From contig CM059432.1 in assembly GCA_030390025.1 (NCBI GenBank), positions 84,074,001 through 84,138,000 of the forward strand: DNA of 64,000 nt, written 5' to 3'. The notes beneath the pieces were generated by a model, which was not told the DNA's origin, did no database searches, and saw only the letters and a list, made by a program, of their open reading frames with translations. The DNA comes from Squalus acanthias (taxonomy: Eukaryota). Each line of letters starts with the position of its first letter. Position 1 is the first letter of the stretch. Shown here one piece after another: positions 1-11,091 of the stretch. The position numbers and the translations under genes are program-made.

Positions 1-439
1 TAAAACTTCAAGCTCTCATGTTAAATATTGTATTTGTCTTTCAGGTTACATCAACTGTCTCTTGCCACCTGGGAAAATCCCCTCAGATGCTTGCCATCAC
101 TTAATGACCTATATATTGTTGCAGGAAAAATTGGTACACAATGCCTGAAAGGAGCAAGCCACCAATGGGGGAACCCTAGATTTCCTGTCAGTCATTCTTG
201 AAACAACACCTGTTGGGAGGTCACATGTCCAACTCCATAATAGATTTGGGTTGTAATGCAGGCAACATCATGGAGCTGTAGTGCACTGCTGCTGAGCTTT
301 AACCCTGGCCTGCAGCCTCCAAGCGAACCCACAGTACTTTCAGACTCAGCTCCCACGTACTTGATCCCAGTCATCTCACTGGTTGACATGACTCTGAGAG
401 AAAAAAGCATTTTGAAAATGAAGATAGATTTTCTCTCTG

Positions 440-1608
440 GCAAATACATTTCTCTTCCCCCTCAGAATGGTCCAAGCAGCGGAAACATTGCTTGAGCATG
501 CTGATGGTCTGCTCAATGGTATTTCTGGTGGTGGCATGGCACTCATTTAAGGCATGCTCTGAGTCTGTACCCAGGTTACTGATAAGGGTCATGAGCCATC
601 TCCGGAGGGAATATCTTTTGTTGCCATATAGCCAGCCTGTGCCCTGATGGCCTGGCTGGAATCAAGACGGTACAGAGGACTGTGCGCAAGATGAATGAAT
701 CATGACAGCTGCCAGGAAACCGGCCATTGACCTGCATGATGCGTTGCCTGTGGTAACAAACAAGCTGGACATTCAGGGGATGGTAGGCACTTTCTATTGA
801 GAAAGATTCCAGGTTGGTGATGGGGAGCATGCAGGGCAATGTGGGTGTAGTTTATGGCACCTTGGACCCTGTGGAAGCTTGTAATGTGGGTGAAGTCTCG
901 TGCTCTCTCATTCTTCTTCACTCTGTCCTTGATGTATGTGTTCCTCCTGGCATAGAGAGTGTCGGTCACCTCCCTGATACAGCAGTGAACAGCAGACTGT
1001 GATATGTCATTGATGCAGCCTGGAAACACCACGTAGTGTAAACGCTAAGGGCTACAGTGACCTGGGCAGCCACAGGCAGTGATGTCCATGCCCTGGTTTG
1101 AAGCTCCAGTTGTTTTTTTAAATTCAGTCCTGGGATGTGGGCGTCACTGGCAAGGCCAGCATTTATTGCCCATCCTTAATTGCCCTTGAGAAGGTGGTGG
1201 TGAGCCACCTTCTTGAACCGCTGCAGTCCGTGTGGTGAAGGGACTCCCACAGTGCTATTTGGGAGGGAGTGCCACAATTTTGACCCAGTAACGATTAAGG
1301 AACGGCGATATATTTCCAAGTCAGGATAGTGTGTAACTTGGAGGGGAAATCGCAGGTGATGGTGTTGTGGCTGCAGCAAATGATGTAGCTCCATGATAGG
1401 CTTCTTGGTGAAGAACAGATGCCTCACACATTGCTCCTCGGTGAAGTTGAGGTATGAGAAGTGTTCCCTGAAGACCCACTGTGAGTATGGCCTCCTGTAC
1501 AGTATTCTCCTCCTCCCTCTTCCCCTAGCTGCTCCTGCTCTCTGCTGCCTTCTTCACTGCTCCCACTCCTCCTCCAGCCCCAAAGGCAGACCTACCAGAC
1601 CACCCATG
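440..1608 (-). pseudogene. PIF/Harbinger (HARBI1-like) DDE transposase, decayed
   Basis: Frameshifted fragments [60 protein letters not shown]; interrupted by an insertion at ~1113-1365. Confidence 0.9.
1113..1365 (-). mobile_element. 3' fragment of a non-LTR retrotransposon (clade not assigned)
   Basis: ORF end KLWHSLPNSTVG..LQRFKKVAHHHLLKGN followed by tail GGGCAATTAAGGATGGGCAATAAATGCTGGCCTTGCCAGTGACGCCCACATCCC and A-rich end; same tail at 24930-25005. Confidence 0.75.
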
Positions 1609-1831
1609 ACTGGAATAAAGTCTTTCCAAAGCAGACAAAAGAAGACCAGCACAAAGTTGTTACCAGAACTCAGAATTCATTTGTGGAATGCAGAAAATAG
1701 CCCAAAAAAAGCCCAGAAATTAATTAGCAGCCGAAAAGGATAAACCAGGAAGTAACCTTTATGGAGGAGATGAGTACTTCAAATAGCGTTCCTGCAGAGT
1801 CCTTCCTGACTGCTATTGCCATGAGTTAGAG

Positions 1832-2425
1832 CCTTTGTTACCTCTAGACTTGACTATTCCAACGCACTCCTGGCCGGCATCCCACTCTCTACCCTACGTA
1901 AACTTGAGGTCATCCAAAACTCGGCTGCCCGTATCCTAACTCGCAACAAGTCCCATTCACCCATCACCCCTGTGCTCGCTGACCTACATTGGCTCCCGGT
2001 TAAGCAACGCCTCCATTTAAAAATTCTCATCCTTGTTTTCAAATCCCTCCATGGCCTCGCCCCTCCCTATCTCTGTAATCTCCTCCAGCCCCACAACCCC
2101 CCGAGATATCTGTGCTCTTCGAATTCTAATTCTTGAGCATCCCTGATTTTAATCGCTTAACCATTGGTGGTCGTGCCTTCAGCTGCCTCGGCCCTAAGCT
2201 CTGGAATTCCCTCCCTAAACCTTTGTGCCTCTCTACCTCGCTTTCCTCCTTTAAGACACTCTTTAAAACCTACCTCTTTAACCAAGCTTTTGGTCATTTG
2301 CCCTAATTTCTCCTTACGTGGCTCGGTATCAATTTTTTTTTTTGTCTTATAACACTCCTGTGAAGCACCTTGGGACGTTTTACTATGTTAAAGGTGCTAT
2401 ATAAATACAAGTTATTATTGTTGTT
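1832..2425 (+). mobile_element. L2 LINE 3' fragment
   Basis: Close match to 22977-23570; SRLDYSNALLAG..IQNSAARIL..ITPVLADLHWLPV; ends GCTATATAAATACAAG(TTR)n. Confidence 0.9.
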
Positions 2426-2665
2426 GCTGTAATTGCTGGACAAATGTATCGTATGGTGAGTTAGGTGCTGGGGCAAAGCAATTTTACAAAAGTGTCCTAG
2501 AACAAGTTTAAGCCCCTTATTTAAATATATTGATGATGTTTTCGAATGCATTTGGCACGCCACCTAGACACTTATGGGTACTTGATCCAATATGGCGGGC
2601 AGCACACTTCCGCAGGGGATGGAAGCGCATCACCACCTGCCATATTGAATCCTTAGGCGAAATCC

Positions 2666-2783
2666 TCTGACGAAAGGTCTTCGACCTGAAACGTTAACTC
2701 TGTTTCTCTCTCCACGGATGCTGCCTGACCTGCTGAGTTTTTCCAGCGTTTTCTGTTGTTATTTCGGATTTCCAGCATCCGCA
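2666..2783 (+). mobile_element. Penelope-like element terminal repeat fragment with hammerhead core
   Basis: CTGACGA-A-AGGTC(TTC)GACCT-GAAA-CGTT-AACT then GATGCTGCCTGACCTGCTGAG tail; same unit follows the PLE 3' region at 31455-31853. Confidence 0.8.
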
Positions 2784-3840
2784 GGCTTTCGATAAGGTCC
2801 CGCATAAGAGATTAGCGTGTAAAGTTAAGGCACATGGGATTGGGGGCAAGGTATTGACTTGGATAGAGAACTGGTTGGTGGACAGAAAGCAAAGAGTAGG
2901 AATTAATGGGTCTTTTTCCGAGTGGCAAGCAGTGACTAGTGGGGTACCACAGGGATCGGTCCTTGGACCCCAGCTATTCACAATATACATTCATGATCTA
3001 GATAAGGGAACTAAATGTAATATCTCCAAGTTTGCAGATGACACAAAGCTGGGTGGGAGTGTGTGCTGCGAGGAGGATACCGAGAAACTCCAGGATGATT
3101 TGGACAGGTTGGGTGAGTGGGCAGAAGTGTGGCAGATGCAATAAAACGTGGATAAATGTGAGGTTATCCACTTTGGTGTCAAAAACAGAAAGGCAGACTA
3201 TTATCTGAATGGCAATAGATTGGGAGAAGGGGAAGTGCAACGAGACCTGGGTGTCCTTGTGCACCAGTCGCTGAAGGTAAGCATGCAGGTGCAGCAGGCG
3301 GTGAAGAAGGCAAATGGTATGTTGGCCTTCATAGCAAAAGGGTTTGAGTATAGGAACAGGGATGTCCTGCTGCAGTTGTACAGGGCCTTGGTGAGACCAC
3401 ACCTTGAGTATTGTGTGCAGTTTTGGTCGCCTTATCTGAGGAATATTGTTCATGCCATGGAGGGAGTTCAGCGAAGATTCACAAGGCTGATACCTGGGAT
3501 GGCAGGAATGACATATGAGGAGAGATTGGGTCGATTGGGCTTATACTCGCTGGAGTATAGAAGAATGAGAGGGGATCTCATTGAGACATATAAAATTCCG
3601 ACAGGTCTGGACAAACTAGATGCAGGAAGAATGTTCCCGATGGTCGGAGAGTCCAGAACCAGGGGTCATAATCTAAGGATAAGGGGTAAGCCATTTAGGA
3701 CAGAAATGAGGAAGAATTTCTTCACCCAGAGAGTGGTGAACCTGTGGAATTCTCTACCACAGAAGGTAGTTGAGGCCAAGTCATTAAATATATTCAAGAA
3801 TGAGTTAGATATATTTCTTAAAGCTAAAGGTATCAAGGGA

Positions 3841-4210
3841 GGGGGAGGGCGAACAGCCAGCTGTTGTGGTGCACATAGGCACCAACGATATAGGTAAAAA
3901 AGGGGATGAGATCCTAAAAGCAGAATATAGGGAGTTAGGAGGTAAATTAAAAAATAGGACCTCAAAGGTAGTAATCTCAGGATTGCTACCAGTGCCACGT
4001 GCTAGTCAGAGTAGAAATAGGAGGATATTTCAAATGAATACGTGGCTAGAGGAATGGTGCAAGGGGGAGGGATTCAAATTCCTGGGAAATTGGAACCGGT
4101 TCTGGGGGAGGTGGGACCAGTACAAACCGGACGGTCTGCACCTGGGCAGGGCTGGGACCGCTGTCCTAGGGGGAGTGTTTGCTAGTGCTGTTGGGGAGGA
4201 TTTAAACTAA
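3841..4210 (+). pseudogene. CR1 ORF1 C-terminal SGNH/GDSL-like esterase domain (5'-truncated)
   Basis: HIGTNDI and DGLHL motifs; ends VGEDLN-stop. Confidence 0.9.
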
Positions 4211-7129
4211 TGTGGCAGGGGGTTGGGAACCTGAGCAGGGAGACAGAGGAAAGCATGTCAGGAAGGGACAGAAGGTATGGAGTAAAAGGTAAAGTGTTAA
4301 ATAAGGAAAAAGCAGGAATTAAGTGTCGCAAAACACATTTGAAAGTTCTTTATCTGAATGCACGTAGCATTCGTAACAAAATTGACAAGTTAACGGCACA
4401 AATAACAATGTATGGGTATGATCTTGTGGCCATTACAGAAACATGGCTGCAGGGTGACAACGTCTGGGAATTAAATATGCCAGGGTATTTAACAATCAGG
4501 AAGGACAGGCAGGAAGGAAGGGGAGGGGGGGGGGGTGGCTATGTTAATAAAGAAAGGAATCACTGTAATACAGAGAAATGATATTGGGTCAAAAGATCAG
4601 GATAATGAAACAGTTTGGGTAGAGATTAGGAATAATAAGGGGAAAAAAACACTGGTGGGCGTAGTATATAGGCCTCCTAATAGTTGCAACTCTGTTGGAA
4701 GAAGTATTAATCAGGAAATAGTTGGGGCATGTAATAAGGGAACAGCTATAATTATGGGGGATTTTAACTATCATATTAACTGGACAAATCAAATTGGGCA
4801 GGGCAGCCTTGAGGAAGAGTTTATTGAGTGTATTAGGGATGGATTTCTTGAGCAGTATGTAACTGATCCTACAAGGGGGCAAGCAACCTTGGACCTGGTA
4901 CTGTGTAATGAGTCTGGATTAATTAATAATGTCCTAGTTAAGGATCCCCTTGGAATGAGTGACCATAACATGGTTGAATTCCATATCCAATTAGAGGGTG
5001 AGAAGGTTGGTTCTCAAACAAGCATACTGAGCTTGAATAAAGGAGACTATGATGGCATGAGAGCAGAATTGATTAAAGTGGACTGGGAAAATAGATTAAA
5101 GGGTAAGACGGTACATGAGCAATGGTGTTCATTCAAGGAGTTATTTTACAACTTTCAAAATAAATATATTCCACTGAGGAAAAAAGGGTGTAAAAGAAAT
5201 GACAGCCATCCATGGCTAAGTAAAGAAATTAAAGAAAGTATCCAACTGAAAACAAGGACATATAAGGTAGCCAAAGTTAGTGGAAGTATAGAAGATTGGG
5301 AAGTCTTCAAAAGACAACAAAAAGTAACTAAAGGATTGATTAAGAAAGGGAAAATAGACTATGAAAATAAATTAGCAAAAAATATAAAAACAGATAGCAA
5401 GAGTTTCTATAGTTATATAAAAAGAAAAAGGGTGGTTAAGGCAAACGTAGGTCCCTTAGAGGATGAGACCGGGAAATTAATGGAGGGAAACATGGAGATG
5501 GCAAAAATGCTGAACAAATATTTTGTTTCAGTCTTTACGGTAGAGGACACTAAGAATATCCCAACACTGGACAAACAGGGGGCTCTAGGGGGGGAGGAGC
5601 TAAATACGATTAAAATTACTAAGGAATTGGTACTCAGTAAAATAATGGGACTCAAGGTGGATAAATCCCCTGGACCTGATGGCTTACATCCTAGGGTCTT
5701 GAGAGAAGTGGCAGTAGGAATTGTGGATGCTTTGGTAATAATTTTCCAAAACTCCCTGAACTCAGCAAAGGTCCCGGCAGATTGGAAAACTGCTAATGTA
5801 ACACCCTTATTTAAAAAGGGTTGTAGGCAGAAGGCTGGAAATTATAGACCAGTTAGCCTAACATCTGTGGTGGGTAAAATTTTGGAGTCTATTATTAAGG
5901 AGACAGTAACGGAACATTTAGATAAACATAATTTAATAGGACAAAGTCAGCATGGCTTTATGAAGGGGAAGTCATGTCTGACAAATTTGCTCGAGTTCTT
6001 TGAGGACATAACGTACAGGGTGGATAAAGGGGAACCAGTGGATGTAGTGTATTTAGACTTCCAGAAGGCATTCGACATGGTGCCACATAAAAGATTATTA
6101 CTCAAGATAAAAAATAACTGGATTGGGGGTAATATTCTGGCATGGGTGGAGGATTGGTTATCTAACAGGAAGCAGAGAGTTGGGATAAATGGTTCATTCT
6201 CGGACTGGCAACCAGTAGCCAGTGGTGTTCCGCAGGGGTCGGCGCTGGGTCCCCAACTCTTTACAATCTATATTAATGATTTGGAGGAGGGGACCGAGTG
6301 TAACATATCAAAGTTTGCAGATGATACAAAGATGGGAGGGAAAGTAGAGAGTGAAGAGGACATAAAAAACCTACAAGGGGATATAGACAGGCTGGGTGAG
6401 TGGGCAGAGATTTGGCAGATGCAATACAATATTGGAAAATGTGAGGTTATGCACTTTGGCAGGAAAAATCAGAGAGCAAGTTATTATCTTAATGGCGAGA
6501 AACTGGAAAGTACTGCAGTTCAAAGGGATCTGGGGGTTAGTATGCAGGTGCAGCAGGTGATCAAGAAAGCCAATGGAATGTTGGCTTTTATTGCTAGGGG
6601 GATAGAATATAAAAACAGGGAGGTATTGCTGCAGTTGTATAGGGTATTGGTGAGACCGCACCTGGAGTACTGCATACAGTTTTGGTGTCCATACTTAAGA
6701 AAAGACATACTTGCTCTCGAGGCAGTACAAAGAAGGTTCACTCGGTTAATTCCGGGGATGAGGGGGTGGACATACGAGGAGAGGTTGAGTAGATTGGGAC
6801 TCTACTCATTGGGGTTCAGAAGAATGAGAGGCGATCTTATTGAAACATATAAGATTGTGAAGGGGCTTGATCGGGTGGATGCGGTGAGGATGTTCCCAAT
6901 GATGGGTGAAACTAGAACTAGGGGACATAATCTTAGAATAAGGGGCTCCTCTTTCAAAACTGAGATGAGGAGAAACTTTTTCACTCAGAGGGTAGTGGGT
7001 CTGTGGAATTTGCTACCCCAGGAAGCTGTGGAAGCTACTTCATTAAATAAATTTAAAACAGAAATAGACCGTTTCCTAGAAGTAAAGGGTATCAGGGGTT
7101 ACGGGGAGCGGGCTGGAAATTGGACATGA
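4210..7129 (+). pseudogene. CR1 ORF2: APE endonuclease + reverse transcriptase, one frameshift
   Basis: LNARS, ITETW, YRPP, GDFN, LDL, SDH; NYRPVSLTS, DFQKAFD, PQGS, FADDTK; frameshift in G11 run 4525-4535; 8-codon in-frame deletion near 6537. Confidence 0.95.
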
Positions 7130-7949
7130 GTTTGAGTTCGGATCGGTCAAGGCCCTGTGGGTGGCGGAGCGGGCCCAGGGGCTGAGTGGCCTGGTCCTGC
7201 TCCTGCTTCTTGTGTTCTTTAGAGTTGAGGTTGGATCAGATCAGCCATGATCTCATTGAATGGCGGAGCAGGCTCGAGGGGCCGATTGGTCTACTCCTGC
7301 TCCTATTTCTTATGTTCTTATGTTCTTATGTAAGGCAGGTACAGGGTACTGTGTTTGGATGATCAGCCATGATCTCATCGAATGGCGGAGCAGGCTCGAG
7401 GGGCCGAATGGCCTACTCCTGCTCCTATCTTCTATGTTTCTATGTTCCCCCCCCCCACAACTTCCCTAAGTTTACAAGATCCTCTCCCCCTTTAACTCCA
7501 TACTAGTTCACTGAAGCACTTTCCTTTCTTGATGATCTTCTCACTGCTGGTCTTGTCTACTTCAACCTGGGAATGGATTCTGTGCTGCAGGTGGGAATTC
7601 CTAATCTATTGTGAGATCAGGAATCCCTATTGCAGCTTGCAGCAGAGATTTTGCTCTCTGAATGATGCAGTAGCATTAGCAGTGGAACTGATAGTGAGAA
7701 GACCATCAGATAGCAAAGGAGCAGTGATTTCACAGCCAAATCCGTTGATGTTACAAAATGAGCTGTAGCATCACAGGTTTGCCAATTTGTTGCCCTAGGG
7801 GATAAAACATATATAGATTTGTATACAGTGCATATACTTGGCAATGACTCCTGTAAGAATACCAAATTAAAGGGCTGATTTACAATAAGAGCTTGCAGTA
7901 CACTAACTCTATCAGCTGAAGCTAATGCTCATTGATGGATGGGCAACTC

Positions 7950-9530
7950 TGATGTAACAATTGTCTTTCAATAACCAAGACATCAACCAGAATGCCCCAT
8001 ATTCAAATGTATATGTGCAAGGAGATTATTTCCATGAGGCAATGGAATCTGCCTCTACTGAATCTAATGATATCAGGAAACCACAGATTGAGGGCCCAAC
8101 AAGGGGTAACTCATATAAGTTTTGGCCTATTTGCTCATATCTTTTGAAATGCCTGTAGGATGGCAAAACAGAGGAAAAACATACGGGAGCCACAAAAGTA
8201 GAAGCCGTCCAGCCTTCATGCTGACACTTTCTCTGTCACTGAGCAGAAATATGGGAGATGGTGGTTATCTGGAGATCCTAAAAAGTTATGTCTCTGATGT
8301 GTTCAACTCCTGAAAATGTCCTGAACTCCCCCCTAGTGGATCTCCCGCTTATGAGGGTGAATTCTGAGATTATCTTCTGCTATGTTGTCACCTCAGCTAA
8401 ATGTTGAACCAAGAATATAATCCAGACACCAGGGCGTTAGCATGATTGCATTTTGATAAAGGGTACAGGAATGAGTCCTTCTCCATTCATTGATGTTGCG
8501 GACCAATTTATTGTTACCTGACCACAAATGCCCTTGTTCTAATTGATTGTGTCAAGGGGACTGCTCTAGTGTTCATTCCAGTTGCTTTACAAATGGGAAC
8601 TCCATCCTGTAAAGGAGACTCTCAACTGTGATGGAGACTCCCAATTGTGAGGAAGATTGTCTTAGGAGATTCTGTTGTACCACATTATCTTATCGTGACA
8701 CCATGTGAGGTCGAGGACAAGATAACTGCTGACATCAGAATCAAATTATTAAATAACTTTTTATTGGGATTTATATTCCTGCAAAGGGGTTATCAATTCC
8801 TGAGTCCTGAGGTCTAAAGGCAGAAAAACTTTCTGCTTGTGTGTCCAAAATAATGCCTTTAAGAATATTAGTACCTGCTTGGGAATTATTGAACATCTGC
8901 CACACAGTGGTGCTGCAAGCCCTCAGATATGGGGCTCCAGTAAGCCAATCAACCAGATACAGATCTACATGGAGTGCTGCATCCTGAAATGCACTACAAG
9001 CAGGAACAGGCAGTTTATTAAAAAAATTGTAGATGCTGAGGATAGGCCAAAAGTGAGTGTATTAATACATTTGGTCCATGAAACTGAACCTGAGAAAGTT
9101 CTGGTGGTGCTCCTGTATGGAAGTATGCATCTTTTTGATCAATGGCAGCTAACAAGTCTCCCTCCCAGGATAATCTGTGACAGTGACCATCTTGAATGTC
9201 TTCTGTTTTAGGACTTGATTTAGGACCTTGAGACCTAGTACAGGATGGAGCTCTTTTGTCCCTTTGACGACTACAATATATGTGGGCTGGGGTGGGGGGA
9301 GGGGGTGGGGGAAAGGGATTTTACCTGCCAGCAGGTTTCCATTAGGAAACAATGGTGCAACCATGGTAGTCCAATCTGATCACATCATGATATTTTGGAA
9401 GTGTGCGTGTGAGATAAAGAGGGTAACCCTCTCTAGTAGTGTCTTGAACTCGTACGCCTGTAGAGACATTTCCCCATGTGGCAAATTTCTTCAGAAAACC
9501 AAGGGGGGCAGTAAAAAAAAACAATGGATG
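7950..9530 (-). mobile_element. Decayed DIRS1-like retrotransposon pol (RT, RNase H, methyltransferase-like domain)
   Basis: Manual minus-strand translation across frameshifts: LKKFATW..TREGYPL; ELHPVLGLKVLNQVLKQKTFKMVT; AIDQKDAYFH; FLRFSF; FGLSSA; YLVDWL; HLAEVT..; YVFPLF..VTPCWALNLWFPDI. Confidence 0.7.
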
Positions 9531-9545
9531 GAATCTTTACCTTGG

Positions 9546-10497
9546 AGTTCTAACGAAGGGTCATCGACCTGAAATCGAGGGGGTGATTTTGCCAATGGGA
9601 GGCGCATTGGAGGCGGGACTGCTGGTTGTCGGGTTTTAGTCCCGCCTCCATCGACTTGTGGCCAACCCACGCTATTTTCCCTTGATTGACCTTGTTAAAC
9701 CTGCCCAGTGGGTTTAGCAGGCCAATTAAGGGGAATCCGGTTACAGAGAACGTCAGCGTATGACGTTTCATCTGTCAAAAATTTTTGACAGATGAATTGT
9801 CATCGTTTGACAGCTCTGTGAAGCTGTCAAACACTGACATTCTCTGTTGTTTGATGAGTCCTTGTATTCAAGACTCATCACACCTCTTTTGTGAGCAGAA
9901 ATTAGATGGTTGTTGCTTCTGAGAATGCAGCAGCCATCTGTCATCTCTGCCGGTGAGATGCGAGAGTCTCCGGTTCCCTAACTGTTGAAGCCTGCAGGAA
10001 GAAACAAAGGTAAGTAAACATTTTCTTTCTATCTTCACTCACCTCACATACTTACCTCTCCACACTTGCACCCATCACTTACCTCCACAGCACACTTTTG
10101 CACCCCTCCGACCCCCGTAGACCCACTGCTCGCCTCGGTGACCCTGGCGGGGTTTCCCGATGTCGGAAGCCCGCGCCTCTGTTGGAAAAATGGGGATAAT
10201 CCTCTTAACTGCCTGTTAACTATCTGTTAACAGGCAGTTAAGTGGCTGTAATCCCCTTCCCGCCTCCAGGAGACGGGACCCAGCGCGGGTCGCCTAACCG
10301 CCTCCTGGGAAGATGGCACGGAGGCGGGTTGGGGATGGGATGGGTACCCGCCCCCAGATTCTGCCATTTTCCCGGCAGTCCCGCCTCCAAACCCGCCTCC
10401 CCAGGGCTGGCAAGATCCAGCCTGTTAACTCTGTTTCTCTCTCTACAGATGCTGCCTGTCCTGCTGAGTATTTCCAGCATTTTCTGTTTTTATTCCA
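9546..10497 (+). mobile_element. Penelope terminal repeat (9546-9577 plus 10423-10497) split by a MITE
   Basis: AGTT-CTAACGA-A-GGGTC(ATC)GACCT-GAAA, continuing GTTAACTCTG...GATGCTGCC after the insertion. Confidence 0.8.
9579..10422. mobile_element. Harbinger-type non-autonomous element (MITE)
   Basis: Imperfect TIRs GGGGGTGATTTTGCCA / TGGCAAGATCCAGCC, GGAGGCGGG/CCCGCCTCC subterminal repeats; TSD not clean. Confidence 0.7.
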
Positions 10498-11091
10498 GTA
10501 GGAAACTGTTGGTTTCAGTTAGTTTCCCACCTGCTCGGGATTACATGTTGCCTGTGGAGTGGAAACCTATATTTTTTAGGATGGATTCTTTCTATTGCTC
10601 CTGCTGTAATAAGTTGATTGAACAATGGTGCTACCATGATAGTCCAATCTGATCACATCATGATATTTTGGAAGTGTGCTTGTGAGATAAAGAGGGTAAA
10701 CCTCTCTAGTAGTGTTTTGAACTCGTCCCCATGTGGCAAATTTCTTCAGAAAACCAAGGGGGCAGTAAAAAAAAAAAATACACGGAATCTTTACCTTGGA
10801 GTTGGGGTGGGTGCGTGCGGGCCACGTAATGGGTCACCATCCTGAAGTTTTCAACAGCGCGTTCAACACTGCACGTTTAACTCAATTACATCAATTGAAA
10901 CAGTCTCGCGGGTTTCCCGGCCAATTAAATGGAGCAGGTCTGATGATGTCACCGATGAGTCGTTTTCAGCGCGGATATTTAAAGGAGCCTTGCACACATC
11001 CCAGTTGAAGGTTGTTGGAGGACGCATAAAGGTGGTTGGGAGAGATGGCTATTGGTCTATATCACAGAGATTTGTGTGGGTGCAAGCAAAC

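Larger units (their letters stand above)
3841..7331 (+). mobile_element. Young 5'-truncated CR1 LINE (ORF1 C-terminus, ORF2, 3' UTR)
   Basis: Esterase ORF1 end, APE-RT ORF2, terminal (TTCTTATG)3. Confidence 0.95.
2784..7447 (+). mobile_element. CR1 LINE 3' half (2784-3840 plus 7332-7447) split by a younger CR1
   Basis: [25 protein letters not shown]; internal stop at 3142; its 3' UTR resumes at 7332 and ends in (TTCTATGT)n. Confidence 0.9.
9348..10803 (+). repeat. ~200-bp direct duplication (9348-9549 and 10621-10803)
   Basis: AACAATGGTGC...GAATCTTTACCTTGGAGTT twice; second copy lacks an 18-bp segment. Confidence 0.95.

Noticed and set aside
4208..4212. TAATG stop-start overlap as the conserved ORF2 initiation signal
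   Set aside because: The second CR1 copy reads TAAAATGG with no in-frame ATG; may apply to one subfamily only
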